From Gekko japonicus (Eukaryota), in assembly GCF_001447785.1 (NCBI RefSeq), contig NW_015160224.1:1017259-1078752 (forward strand): DNA of 61,494 bases, written 5' to 3'. The stretch's first letter is position 1, and each line of letters starts with the position of its first letter. The notes under the pieces are model-generated. The model saw only the letters and a list, made by a program, of their open reading frames with translations, was not told where the DNA came from and did no database searches. Of the stretch, positions 1 through 12,814 are shown piece after piece. Position numbers and translations under genes: made by a program.

Positions 1-602
1 CCACACTGCAGCAGAGAAGAACCATACAAGTGCCCCCCCCACAAGTGCCCAAAACCCCCCAAAAGCAAAACAATCTGCTGCTGGTTCTGCTGCTGGGCCT
101 GGCTGGCTGGCATTGGCATTGGTGATGCACATACATGCTCCCTCAGCCTGTGTGCTGCCGCTCCAGTGCAGTCTGGAGAGATTCTCTGGTTTGACCTAGT
201 TCTGGTTTTGGNNNNNNNNNNNNNNNNNNNNNNNNNNNNNNNNNNNNNNNNNNNNNNNNNNNNNNNNNNNNNNNNNNNNNNNNNNNNNNNNNNNNNNNAT
301 TGGCAATGCACAGACATGCTACCTCAGTGCTGCTGCTGTAGAGAGATTCTTTGGTTTGAGCCAAGTTGTGTTGGTTTTGGGGTTTTGGGCACCCAGTTTG
401 GCGGCANNNNNNNNNNNNNNNNNNNNNNNNNNNNNNNNNNNNNNNNNNNNNNNNNNNNNNNNNNNNNNNNNNNNNNNNNNNNNNNNNNNNNNNNNNNNNN
501 NNNNNNNNNNNNNNNNNNNNNNNNNNNNNNNNNNNNNNNNNNNNNNNNNNNNNNNNNNNNNNNNNNNNNNNNNNNNNNNNNNNNNNNNNNNNNNNNNNNN
601 NN

Positions 603-1216
603 GAAAAAAAGTATTTTTTTCCCACCATAGAGAACAATGGAGGGATGGGGGCAACCTGTTTGGGGGCCCATAGAATTGGACCCCCTGGTCCAATCTTCTT
701 GATATTTGGTGGGCATGTTGGGGAGAGGTTCCAGTAACCACCCTCCAAGTTTGGAGCCTCTCCCTCTAACCCCCCCCTAGGGGTCTGCAAAAAGGAAAGC
801 AGAAGGTTAAAATCCCATTGAAATGCATTGCCGCCGAATTTCGGCGGCAAACCGGGAATACAGCAAGCTGATCTGGGGGGACTGGGGGCACCCTCTTTGG
901 ATGCCCCTGGAATCGGACCCCCTGGACCAATCTTCTTGAAACTTTGGGGGTCTTTCAGGGAGAGGCCTGAGCAGCCACGGTCCAAATTTGGAGGCTCTAC
1001 CCCCTCCCCCCCAGCCCCCCGCAAAGTTTCAAGAGGTTTTTTGCCATTGACTTCAATGGCCCCATTGGTTATAATGGACCCGAATTTTTTCGGGATTTTT
1101 TTTCGGGATTCGGGAAAATGCATAGGAAGCCATTTCGGAATTGCAAAAGCCGAAAAAAGCCGAAAAACGTTATTTTCGGCTTTTTTCGGTTTGGGATCCC
1201 GAAATGCACATCCCTA
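603..1216. mobile_element. End of a non-autonomous DNA transposon (hAT-like) with internal subrepeats
   Basis: Ends ...CGAAATGCACATCCCTA (TAGGGATGTGCA-type terminus); repeated GGACCCCCTGG(T/A)CCAATCTTCTTGA units; other terminus not visible (gaps, window edge). Confidence 0.5.
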
Positions 1217-1529
1217 GTGGAGAAGCTTCTTGGGAAAAAAAAGGGAATTTGAGGAGGGTGCCGGGGAGCAGCAGTGAGTAAAAGATGTGGCTTCTCCCCT
1301 CCCCCCCCCCACCGCCACACTTCAAATGAGGGGTCCTCAGCCTTTTTGAGCCTGTGGGTACCTTTGGACTTCTGACACAGGGCGCGGCCACAAAATGGCT
1401 ACTGGGAGAGGTGGAGCAACATGCACGCACAAGAAGCGCAAGGCCTAGTATGAAAAAAATAGGCTGGGGAAAAGGAGAGCATTAAACCAATAACGGTAGT
1501 GGCAGGTGCCACTGAAACAATGTTACGTT

Positions 1530-1736
1530 ATGTTGTCGAAGGCTTTCACGGTCAGAGTTCATTAGTTGCTGTAGATTTTCCGGGTTGTCTGGCCGCGGTC
1601 TTGGCATTGTAGGACCTGCACTCCATCTTTCTGTGTTACACCTCTGAGGAGGCCAGTCACAGCTACTGGCGAAACGTCAGGTCCTGCAATGCCAAGACCA
1701 CGGCCAGACAACCCGGAAAATCTACAGCAACTGATG
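1530..1736. mobile_element. Penelope-like element remnant (inverted pLTR hairpin)
   Basis: 59-bp inverted arms 1560-1618 / 1678-1736 with ~3 mismatches, flanking a CTGAGGA...GAAACGTC motif typical of Penelope pLTRs. Confidence 0.7.
1640..1682 (+). ncRNA. Minimal type I hammerhead ribozyme motif
   Basis: ACCT / CTGAGGA / G / GCCAGT-CACAGCT-ACTGGC (6-bp stem II) / GAAA / CG / TC / AGGT (stem I partner). Confidence 0.6.
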
Positions 1737-2139
1737 TTACTTTAACCTGTACAGCCAATCAGAAGCCATTCTGGGCAGGAGGCCCACATGGCCCCACTTG
1801 ACAGGCCCCGAGAAAGGTGTTGGTGGGCACCGCGGCACCCTGCCTTCCTGTCTTCCCCTGCACTTCTGAAGCAGAGGTTCCAGGTTGGGCTGCATTGGCC
1901 TGGCAAGCAGGGGAAGCAGCCTCACCAGCCAGTCCCCTTTCCCCCCGAGAGAAGTTGTTCACCCCACCCTTGGGTGCAGGACTGGCAGCCGCCTGCATTA
2001 GGAGGACACTCCTTGCGCCCCCCGGGTGCCAACCCAGGGTGTTTTTTGCAGCAATGGTAGTAATGCCCCTCTGTGGTTTTAGTGATGAAATTCTGATGCT
2101 TCTCCACGCATTGACGTATGCCATGCTTCTCCCTTGAAG

Positions 2140-2281
2140 GAACGTGATGGTTTTGGAAGCCTCGCTGTGGCCCGGGGGAGAGGTCGTGGCCGTGGAGACT
2201 GGAGTGTCGGGACTCCTGGAGGCGTGCAGGAAATCACCTACACGGTGCCGGCGGATAAATGCGGCCTTGTCATTGGCAAAG
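2140..2281 (+). CDS. FUBP3: FUBP3 exon: RG-rich linker and start of last KH domain
   Basis: cccttgaag|...|gtgagc; encodes [47 protein letters not shown](G), matching recalled FUBP3. Confidence 0.96.
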
Positions 2282-2551
2282 GTGAGCAGCCTGGGCATCG
2301 AAGGTCCTCCCTGTGAGCTTGTTAAGGAAAGTCGCTGGAGGTATTGCTTTGAGGAGTTGGAAAGGATCACTCCTGATCTGTGGTCTCTTCCCAAGGAGCA
2401 CCTCCCCTGTTCCTCTTATCTGTGCCCCTCCTCTTCATGGGTCCATGTCGCCGGTAGGGTTTTGCAACGGCCGCTGGTGCTCAGCAGCTGGCAGCTCTTC
2501 AACGCTTGGGAGAGTCTGCCAATTTGCGCCTTCACCACCTGGTGTTTTTAA

Positions 2552-2676
2552 CAGTAGAAAAGAGCAAGAGTCCAGTAGCAGCTTAAAGACTAATGAAACC
2601 TGTAGCAGGGTGTGAGCGTTCGTGAGTCACTGCTCACTTCTTCTGGTGCTCCTGGACTCTTGCTCTTTTCTACTGT
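2552..2676. mobile_element. Penelope-derived palindromic remnant
   Basis: CAGTAGAAAAGAGCAAGAGTCCAG...CTGGACTCTTGCTCTTTTCTACTG inverted arms; decayed hammerhead-like core on the minus strand. Confidence 0.55.
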
Positions 2677-5600
2677 GTCAGACAGACTAACAGGCTGCCC
2701 ATCTTGGTGTTTGTAGATCAGGGGTCAAACAAGTGTGATAACACAGTACACGGGATCATGAAACAAACAAGCACTGCATAAATAACGCAGATCAAAGAGT
2801 GCCCGGGTAATATAAACAGCAGGAAAACACATCATGTAATGCACAAGTACATAGGTAGTACGGAACAGGTAGTACAAAGACGAAGACTCCGGATTTCAAT
2901 CTTCATTTCGCTTTTACTGAGTTTATGGAGGAAACCATTTCTTTTACCTGTGCTCTCCAGGCTGTCTCTCCGCTGTTTGCCTGATCCATTGCTTGCTGTC
3001 TTCATCATTCCACTTTATGCCACGTCATCGTTTTATTCCGCTTAATTGCTTTTCAGTGTTAATTTATGGTGTATTAAATTTTTTTGGAAAACCTCTCTGG
3101 AAAAATATTTTTCCCCCACAGGGTGAGATATAAATTTAAAGAAATGGAGCCCTCATGGTGTACCTCTGAAGGAAGCCCAGTTGTGGGGAGAAGGCTGCTC
3201 CATGTCCTGGCTGTGGACGCCTCTGCCTCCCCCCCCCCCCCGGCCGGGGTTTTCGGTTTAAAAGGCCTTTGGGGGTCTGATCCAGTGATGCTCTTCCCGC
3301 TGCCAATGCCAACTTTTGTCCTACATTACCCTTGACTGCCCGAGGTCCGTTTGTTTATAAAAATCTTCCTGGTTCTGGAAGAAACTCAGACTTGGGTCTC
3401 AGAGGCTCTCTGGAGTCTGAGGTCGCTCTCTGGAGTCAGGAGGTCGCTACCAAGAATCATATTTCTGAACTCACCCCGTCATTCACAGAACCAGCTGGCA
3501 CGCACTGACAGCCCCCACGGGCAAAGGTCGGAGCAATCTGAGCCTTAAAAACCGAAGTTTGGCCCCTCAAACGCTACTTCATTTGCCCGCACCCAAATGC
3601 TACTTCACCGCCCGCGCTGACTCGTTGAGCTGCTGGTGGGTCTCTGGTCCCCCCCCCTCCCTTGCACACTCTGGGGGTGTCTGTGGGGTGCAGCTTTCCT
3701 TTGTTTTTTAAAGAAGGGAAGACAGTCCTCCAATTGTCCCGTGCTTCCCTGTGTGCCAGCACTTGGAAACAGACCGCAGCCTCCATGGGCCCCTGGTGGA
3801 TTTCCATGATAAACGCCCTGATCTCGACAGATAATGCAGCCCAGCCCTGCTCTTGTCAACTCTGCCTTTTATTGCTGTTTGATTAATTACTTTACAATTT
3901 TGCCATCCAGCTGTGGGGGTTTGGTGGAGGTTGTGCATGCACTGCTGTGCCTCCATCAGGCTGAAGAATGGAAGGCGCCTGTTGAGTGACTCTCGTGGAC
4001 GGGTGCCATGTGCTGAGCGGGTGACCTTGTTTGCCAAAAGGGGGCAAGGAGCATCTCCTGGCGCTGGCTGGCATTGCGCTTGCCTCCACCGCAGGGCTTC
4101 CCGGGGCCCAGGAGGGGAAGGGCTCTTGCAAGTACTAGAGAGTGGGTGGCAGTGCGCAAACGCTGCTCCCGCTGTTGTCTCCATGTTCGTTTTTTTTGTA
4201 GTACTTCCCAAACCTGCAAAACTTGTTTTGACCAGTGGCAACAAAAGAAAAGAGTTCTCGCACCCCAGGAAACGTGCTTCTTTTGTATCTTTCGGACAAA
4301 GCCGTAGCCTGTTTGCAAGCAAAGCCATGACTCAGGAGTGAGGATTTACTTATAATTGGGGGGGCGGGGGAGGCGAGATCACACAACCACCTTCTGTACA
4401 AATCTTGTTTAAAAATTAAATTGGCGCAGAGGTACACTAGCAGCAATTCTCGAGCAAATAGCTATTTATCAGTTCCCTCCTCTTGTTCCTGGAGGAAGCG
4501 GCTGGCCGGCCTTTAGAATCTTCCTGAATGCCTCTCAGAGGGCAAAGGTCCCTCCCATCAAGGCCTTTGCTCCAAGGCCAAGGGACGGGGGACTGGGCTT
4601 TTCCAGGGCCAGGGGGAGAGAGGATGACTTGCCCCTCACGGTCCTTACAGAGCGCCTTATTGACTGCAAAGAGGTTCATGATTGACACCTTGCCGGCAAT
4701 GCATTTCAGATTCGAGACCGATCCATTGCTTCCATTTTCAGTGTAAATAAGACTGGAATAATTATTACTAGTGGTGTGATGATTTTTAAAATAGCAGTTC
4801 GAACTGCAGAATATGACCTGGTATTTATTCAGCAGCTTTTCACGGGTATGACATTGTTTTCAGTTATATCACTACATTGTTTTTGTAGTTAAGAAGGTGC
4901 TGTGAGAAGGTGGGGGAGGGGATTTATAAAAATCCCCATTCCATCCCCAAGGACCCCCCCCCATGGTGCAGGATGTTCACGGGGGGGTGGGGAGGGAGCA
5001 GGCTGACTTGGTTGCTTTACCTTTCTTTCATCCTTTGACTCTTAGCCGCTCTCAGTGTACTGTGCCTTTCCGGGACATGCTGTGTACTCACCAGACTGGG
5101 TGTGCCCCCCCCCCTTTCATTTAATTTACAGTGTGTCATTTTTTAGCATATCTGGGGAATGCCCCAAGTAGTTAGACTTCCAGTGGTGTCTGTTTTGACC
5201 TGATTTTTTTAATTTCCCAATTGTCCTGGCGGCCTACCCCACCTGACTACTAGATATGGTGATAAACCAAATAGTCCATAGTTGTGTGTTACGGCATGTT
5301 GTGTAACATTTCAGGAAAACAGTCTTCAATGCTGAAAGTACTTAAAATATATATCTGAATTGTTTTGTTTGTTGATGTGAAGACAGCTGCAAAATAATAT
5401 AATCCTGGGGGGGGTTGGAACAGGTAAAGCTCTGTATAAATTCTGCCTCATCATTTGTGTTAAGGTGTAATGAATCAGCTTATTTTTCTCCCCTTTCCCA
5501 CCATATCTCCCCCCCCCCATATCTGAGACCCAACAAAGGGTCATGGCTTACAGGGTTCTACTTGGGGGACCTGGATGCAAGTCCCCATTTGGGTCGTCAG

Positions 5601-5713
5601 GAGTCCCCATTAACAGGAGTCAGCCCAATGACAATAGTTTGCCTATTCTCTAGTAAAACCTACTTTATTCTCTAGACAAACAGCTCATCATGTGGTCAAG
5701 CTGTTGATGGAGT

Positions 5714-5854
5714 AGAACAAAGTTTGAGTCCAGTGGCACCTTTATGACCAATGAAGTTTAATTCTGGGTATAAGTTTTTGGGTGCACGCAACTTATACCC
5801 AGAATTAAACTTCGTTGGTCTGAAGGGTGCCCCACTGGACTCAAACTTTGTTCT
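5714..5854. mobile_element. Penelope-derived palindromic remnant
   Basis: AGAACAAAGTTTGAGTCCAGTGG...CCACTGGACTCAAACTTTGTTCT, near full-length inverted repeat. Confidence 0.55.
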
Positions 5855-7259
5855 GTTGTTTCAAACCCAACATGGCCGCCCACCTGAATCTATGTTCCTG
5901 GACTTGTAACTCTTCAAACAGCATGCTTGCATTAATGGTCTGTATTATAAAAACTACTGTGTGCACCGGGGTGAGCGGGTGGGCTGTGCTCATTTTCTCT
6001 GGGCTGGAGGTTTGAGTCTGTGTGTGTAGCTGCAGTCGGATGGGAAGGGGCAGGTCAGAACTTTAGGCAACCAGGCCTATTTATGTGCTGCTCTGCAGAC
6101 CTCACAGCTCCAAGTCAGGCATTCCTTGGGCTGTGTGATCTACTGTTTGCATAGACCAGTTTATGTTCTCCTGGACCGTGACAGCAAGAGCTGTCTATTT
6201 GCCGCAAGAAGGAATTGCCTGTCCCCTGGCTGTACATATACATAATGGGGGGGGGGGTTTGACCTGAAAAAGAGCACCTTGACTTGTTTGCCTGCATTGG
6301 AAGGGCAAGTGGTTGCAGAGACTTGCTGATTGGTGTTGTCCACTTTTTCAGCAGATTGCCCTCCTCATTCCTGCAGTTGTTTCAGCTGGTGGCCCCATCT
6401 AGGATTTGGGGAGGGGGGAGTCATGCCACGTATGGCACTTCCCCCGCCCCCTTTTGCTCTGCTTCAGTGAGGCTAACCTCCAAAGCTGTGTGAAATTTGG
6501 AAAGGAAAGAGAGAATTCAACCATTGTGGCTGCAGTAGAAGCCTTTGTTAGGCAAATTTCATTGAGACCACGATATACACACCCCCTTGCATTTTTATGT
6601 GTCTCTCTTTCTCCCTGTCCTTTTGACTGCCGAGTCAAACCAAACTTTCATTAGTCTTGCTCCTCCCTATGACAAGCCTCTCCTGTTTGCTCATTTTAAG
6701 GGGTCTGCATTGGTAGGCGAGGGGGGGTGTCTTGTTCAAGGCAGATGGGTATCAGTTGTCTTTGAAGTGTGTTGGTGGACAAAGCTGTGTGGTGGCCTGC
6801 ACATTATTGTAGAGAGGAGAGGGGAGAGGCTGCACATTGTGTGTCTGTAAGAGTTAATGCTCTAGGTCTGCCTCCACCCAGTGGGAATGCATGCCCAGGG
6901 ACTCCACTGACGGTAGCCAGTTTTCACAGTTGCCCATTCCAAGGGCAAGCAAGGCAGGATTGAAGCCGGTGCCTCCAGTTTTAACTTGGGTGGTGTGAGC
7001 AGATAGTCACCTGTCTGAACAGGGGAAGCACTGCTGCAGTCGTTCAGTGACCATGGGGGGGTGTTTCCTTGCTCTCCGCGGTCCCTGCACACTTGGCCAC
7101 TGAAAGTTCTGTGGTGAGACTCCTGCCGAAGCGTTCCAAGCAAGTGCCTTTGTTCTTCCATCATTCTTGTGCTTGTTACACAGGGGTCGGTTCCCACACC
7201 CACTCATGTCACTTGTTACTGCCCATCTTGACTGGGTCTGCACAGGCCACGGGAGTTAG

Positions 7260-7549
7260 AGAAGAAGAAGAAAAAGAAGAGATTGGATTTATACCCCGCC
7301 TTTCACTACCCAAAGGTGTCTCAGAGCGGCTTACAAACTCCTTTCCCTTCCCCTCTTCACAACAGACACCCTGTGAGGGAGGTGGGGCTGAGAGAGCTCT
7401 GGCAGAAACTGCTCTTTTTCAAGGACAGCTCTTATCAGAGCTACGGCTTGCCCAAGGCCATCCAGCCAGGTGCAAGTGGAGGAGTGGGGAATCAAACCCG
7501 GTTCTCCCAGATTAGCGTCCGCGCACTTAACCACGACACCAAACTGGCT
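7260..7549 (-). mobile_element. tRNA/CORE SINE (Squam3/MIR-like) with (CTT)n tail
   Basis: Minus strand has an A/B-box head, CORE-like body, L2-like end and GAA-repeat tail; near-identical to copies at 29875, 41362 and 45301. Confidence 0.8.
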
Positions 7550-8085
7550 ACACCAAACTGCCATTTCAGAGGGTGCCATTTTTGACTATGCAGTCTCCCT
7601 ACAGTTAGAACTGGCACACTGATGGGAGGTGTTCTAGTCCAAGTGTCTCCACCCTTCTTGAGTCTGCGGGCACATTTGGCATTCTGACCCGGCATGGTGA
7701 GCACAGCAACAAAATGGCTGCTGCAGGAGGAGGAGGAGCCATCCGCAAAACGATTGCTGTAGTTTGCCTTCCGTCACACCATGGAGATCCTTGTGCTGTG
7801 GTGGCAGCTGCTGTCAAAGCAACACTTTTTTGAAATCTGCACAGCCAGCCCAGAGGCACCTTGTTGGGGAGTCCTGTTCCAGCCCGTCCCTCTCAATGTT
7901 GTGCTCTTATGGTTTACTTGAGGAGATTGTTGGGGGGTTTTTCACATAGGAATGCTAAAATAATACAGGATACTTGACTGGCAGATGGAAGTGGTCTCGT
8001 CTGATTTTTTCACCGGAGGACTCCTCTACCTGTGCAGGCTGTGCATAGAGCCTGTGCAAGGCGGTGGATCAGAACAGGAGACAAC

Positions 8086-8288
8086 CAAGGCTCCCTCTCA
8101 GCTGTGAAGTCTTGGGAGCAAACATTCTACTTTGTGAGCTACTGGCATTAACGTAAGTGAGCGATTTGGCTAAGGCATAAATTAGTTTGCTCTGGAGCCA
8201 TCCTTCCTGAGCCAAGACAAAAATATGTGAGCTGGAGGCTAAAAAACTGTGAGCTAGCTCACACTGACTCAGCTGAGAGGGAACATTG
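8086..8288. mobile_element. ~205-bp hAT-type MITE, family A
   Basis: Terminal inverted repeats like CAGTGTTCCCTCTAAGCTG; degenerate 8-bp TSD gagacaac/gcgaccac. Confidence 0.8.
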
Positions 8289-8623
8289 GCGACCACTGAG
8301 TTAGTTGCGTCCTGCTTTGCTCCCCAGTGGAAGGGCAGCCTTGGTCTCTCTGTGCCAGGCCAGGAGGCCTTTGCCCTCCCACTCGCTCAGGTCTTAAAGG
8401 GTTACCTGCAAGAAAGGGGCCGAGGCTGAACTTCCAGGCCGCTGGCGGTTCCAGTCCCTTCCTTTCCAAGCCTTCCTGACCTCTGCTTGGAAGGCCCCCG
8501 GCACCTGTAAATCCTCCTCCTACAAACAGTGATCGACTGAGTGTCACATAAAGCCAATGACCAAAGCAGCCAACCTCTCCCTCCCTCTCTTCTCCCTGCC
8601 CCCCTTCATCTCCTCTTCCATAG

Positions 8624-8784
8624 GCGGCGAGAACATCAAGAGCATAAACCAACAGTCCGGAGCCCACGTGGAGCTTCAGAGGAACCCGCCTCCCAACACG
8701 GACCCCAATGTGCGGATATTCACCATTCGAGGAGTCCCCCAGCAGATCGAGCTTGCCAGACATCTCATAGATGAGAAAGTTGGC
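8624..8784 (+). CDS. FUBP3: FUBP3 exon: KH domain (GKGG loop) completion
   Basis: Pyrimidine tract + tag|...|gtgagt; encodes [53 protein letters not shown]; phases compatible. Confidence 0.97.
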
Positions 8785-9087
8785 GTGAGTACAGCGCAGG
8801 GCGCTCATGTTTCTCGACCCCCCACCCACTTTTGGAGAGCACCCCCCCCCCCCCGCGAGGGCCTATCTGCGCGAGGTCATATCTGCTTGCCGGACTAGAT
8901 GCTGGGGGGAACAAAGGTGGGAGGAACGCCACCGAAGGATGTGGGCTGGGGGGGGGCCCACCGCCGTTCCCATTGTATCGTGCTTGTGGTAATCGAAAAA
9001 AGTAAATTGCTTTTGTACAAAAAAAAAGAAAAGACGTCGAGACCCTTTGGACAGCACCCTATAAGCCTCCTTTCTCTCTTTTGACAG

Positions 9088-9158
9088 GGTACTAGCCTGG
9101 GGGGCCCTGGAGGCTTTGGGCAGAACCCCTTCAGCCAGCCACCTGCCACTCATCAAAA
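9088..9158 (+). CDS. FUBP3: FUBP3 exon
   Basis: ttttgacag|...|gtaagc; encodes GTSLGGPGGFGQNPFSQPPATHQ(N). Confidence 0.93.
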
Positions 9159-10123
9159 GTAAGCTTCCTCGTTTGCCCCTCATACCCCTCGAATGCAGTT
9201 TCACACACACACACCCTGCGATGTCTTGTTTGCATCAGCCTCTTTGCAGAGCGTCCTTGTTGTGCGAGGCGGCTCGCAGTGTAACAGATAAGTTGAGCAG
9301 TACCTGTCTTGGAAGAGGGCACAATCCAGAATTTCGTGTGAGCAACCATGGGAAGGGGGAGAGGAGTCGGGCCAGCGGAGGAAGAACGTGCGTTCCGTTC
9401 ATCGATTCAGCAAGCTTAGTGTTGGGAGTGAATCTCCGGGAGGAAGAGAAAGCCTTGCCCTCAGTCCTGGGACCCTTTGCCCAGAGGTGCTGGCGACTTA
9501 TGCTGTGGTTTCCTGAATGCAGAGTGGGTGGTTCCTCCCATGCCCGTGGGCATGATGCACCTGGCCCCTTCTGTTAGGGACATATAAAGCCCCTTTTATA
9601 CCCCTGGTCTGTCTCGCTCAGTGTTGCCTGCTCTGACTGGCAGCTGCTGAAGGAGAGAAGGGGCATCCCTCGTGCTTTGCTACCTGAGCGCCTGAATGGA
9701 ACCTGGGTCCTTCTGCATACGGAGCATGCCGTCCAGGATCCTGAGTCAGTGCATCCAGCTTGGTCATTGTCCACTCCGAGGGGCAGCAGCCTGTCAAGGC
9801 TCAGAGGCAGAACTTCTCCAGCCCCTGTTGCTGGGGGTCCTTTAACTGGAGAGGCCGGGGGCTGGACCTGGGACAACTTTCTGCACGAAGGGCCACAGAG
9901 CACTGCCCCTCTCCTAGTATGTAGGCTTAGTTCTGGCAGTAGATGGGTATAAGGGGCTGATGTGGAAGGGGGAGGGGAAAATGTGAAGATGGGCAGAGAG
10001 AGGGCATCAGACAGATGTTCCAGGAGGGCGTTTTAGGCATAAGGGGACAGCAAGGGAGAGGTGTGGAGCCACTTCAGAAAGCAGAAGAGTTTCAGACATC
10101 TGAGGCCGGCAGAGCTGAAGGGA

Positions 10124-10430
10124 TAGAATCATAGAATGTTAGAGCTGGAAGGAACCTTGCAGGTCATCTAGTCCAACCCCCTGCACTCTGCAGGAGCATA
10201 GCCGAAAGAGAGCCCTACAACATTCCCGAAAGATGGCCGTCCAGCCTCCGCTTGACAACGTCCAACGAAGGAGCATCCACCAACTCCCGAGGCAGTCTGT
10301 TACACTGCTCAACCACTCTTACAGTTAGGAAGTTTCTCCTGATATTTAGCCGGTATCAACTCCCTTGTAATTTCCACCCATTAGATCTAGTCTTGCAATC
10401 CGGAGCAAGAGAGAATAGAACTGCTCCATG
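10124..10430 (-). mobile_element. CR1 LINE 3' fragment
   Basis: ATAGAATCATAGAATG...GGTCATCTAGTCCAACCCC, the CR1 3' octamer-repeat terminus in reverse. Confidence 0.75.
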
Positions 10431-12814
10431 ATACAGGAAGTGCCTTAAAGTTGTGATAATGTTGCCACTGCTGGAAATTCACCTCTCCCTGTTTTGGTTA
10501 CCATCTCTTGGGTAACTGGATACTGTTTGAACGGGAGCACAAGCGAGGGCCTTTTCAGTGGCAGCCCCACAACTGAGGGACAACTTAATAGCGGTCCCCT
10601 GAGTTGTGGTTTTAAATTTGGTTTTTAACATTTTTTTAAATTCTCTGTGTTTTATCTGCATCGTAAACCTCCTTGAGCCCCTTTAGGAAGAACGTTTTGA
10701 AGGAATGAAGAAATAAATAGAACTGTCACCTTGGTTCCTACTTGGGCTGTGGAATTTGATTGTCGATGTGCGGTGTGTGTGTGTGTTATATCATGACGGG
10801 CTCCGACAGGTCGGTCGGTCTGGTGCTGGGCTTCTTGTGGGAACGGTATTTGTTATCGTGTTTGGGGCTGAATCCTTCCAGGAGGGGGCTGGCCTTTGAT
10901 GCATGTGCTTGGGTGTACTTTATTTCTGGTTGGTCTGATGCGTTGTGTTTTAAGTTAATATCGTAGTGTGTTCTTTGTTCTATTGAGCAGAATGTGGGAT
11001 ATTCCATTTTTAAGAGAAATGAATGAAACAGAGAAAGGTTGGTTTGAAAGGTCTCCTTGACCACGAGAGTGAGGGCTGCACAGTGTGTGTGTGTGTGGGG
11101 AGCGGAGACTATAGTGCTGCCTCCATGGTAACTCCAACGCAGCTCCAGTAACATGCAAAGCTTCCGCCTGTCATTATACCGGAGGAGTGTGCGGGGGGGG
11201 GGGGGGCGGGGGGGGCGCGCTCTCGCCACNNNNNNNNNNNNNNNNNNNNNNNNNNNNNNNNNNNNNNNNNNNNNNNNNNNNNNNNNNNNNNNNNNNNNNN
11301 NNNNNNNNNNNNNNNNNNNNNNNNNNNNNNNNNNNNNNNNNNNNNNNNNNNNNNNNNNNNNNNNNNNNNNNNNNNNNNNNNNNNNNNNNNNNNNNNNNNN
11401 NNNNNNNNNNNNNNNNNNNNNNNNNNNNNNNNNNNNNNNNNNGGGGGGGGGGGGGGGGGGGGGGGGGGGTGCCGGGCAGCCAGCTTCCCCACCTTGTTCA
11501 GTTAACAGAGGAGCCCGTGCCTACTTTGGGGAGGGGGGAGAGAAGGGATTAGACCTGCTTTTGGCACCAGTGCCTGGTCTCTTCCATCTTCCTGTACCAC
11601 TACCTGATTTGGATAGTGTCACTTTGGGGGACAGAGGCTGCTTGACATGCAGAAGGTCCTGGGATCAATCAGATTTATTATGACCAACAGATCAGTCAGC
11701 AAAGAAGCACAGTTTACATATAAACACGTGTTCCACTGTTTCCACTGTGGAAACAGCTGGTAGGAATACAGACGCTGAGGGTGGGGAATATGTGCGTCTC
11801 TCCCTTCCAGTAGTGCTGAGGGCAGGCGGTTAGCGTGGGCTAGGGTGAAAGCTCTGTGGTATTTGGGGAGTTTGCCGGCTCAGAGTTTTAGCTGTGCTTC
11901 CCTGCCATCAGATAGAGATGTTCCTGAGCTCTATTGGCTCGGAGAACTGCATCCCGGATTCATTGTTTGAGTATTTAACTCCCAAGAACCCGAGATGGCA
12001 TCTTGCTAAGGGGGAGAGAGGCAGAGCAGTTGTATTTTATTCTCCACCACATCCACCCAACCTGAGCAGTGGCTGTCCACAAGAACTAAGGGGGTTAATC
12101 CAGATGGGTTAAGATTTAGGTTGAGCCAAAAGCATACAGCTTGATACCAAATACAAGCTTCAAGTGACATCTGCCGCGATTCTGTTCTGAGAGTTGCATG
12201 TGGTGTGCAGCGAGAAACACCCAAATATACATGTGAGGAATTTAGATTGAACTGCTTCCAAGGGACGGAAGTCTCCATACAGATTTGCGAACCATACAGA
12301 AGATGGGGTGTCCCTTTGCCCCAGAAAACTTTAATTCCACAGGGGATACGTGAGTAGAAAAACCTCAGAATAGCTGGTGCCAGTCTTTGTGCACTCTTGG
12401 TAACCTGGTTCATTTGAGCCCTCCATGGACCTGTCAATTGAAACTCTGCCCCTAAATATTTGAAGATCTTCCCCTGTTCTGTGTTGTGTTCATCGATTTG
12501 CTTTCTATGTTCAACATATCTCCTGGTGAAGACTAGAATCTTGGTCTTTTGGAAATGTATTTTTAATAGTTCCCTTTCGTGGTATGCTCTTACACAGCCA
12601 TTTTATCCTATCCAGGATAGGATAAAATGGATGTGTCGTCTGCATCTACTAGGGCGGGTATCGGTCTGCCTGCTAAATTTGGCGGGCAAAACTCTGGATT
12701 CAACAGAGCTAGCACCATTGAATTAATAAAAAAGTTAAATAGCACAGGGGCCAGAACCTCTTCCGTCATCCTGCACCATTATCTGATTTGGATGGTGTCA
12801 CTTTGGGGAGCAGG

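Noticed and set aside
143-1123. 326-aa minus-strand ORF and other long ORFs spanning N runs (11109, 32010, 44161)
   Set aside because: Length is inflated by gaps, they lie in repeats, and no protein family is recognisable
2081-2096. TGATGA and CTGA (C/D-box-like) near an acceptor
   Set aside because: The boxes are only 4 nt apart, leaving no room for a snoRNA
11110-11155. LHGNSNAAPVT peptide faintly resembling human VNGNPHSTPVS
   Set aside because: No pyrimidine tract, an in-frame stop just upstream and no donor at the expected phase; probably chance
11190-11470. Long poly-G runs as G-quadruplex candidates
   Set aside because: They flank an assembly gap, so homopolymer lengths are unreliable
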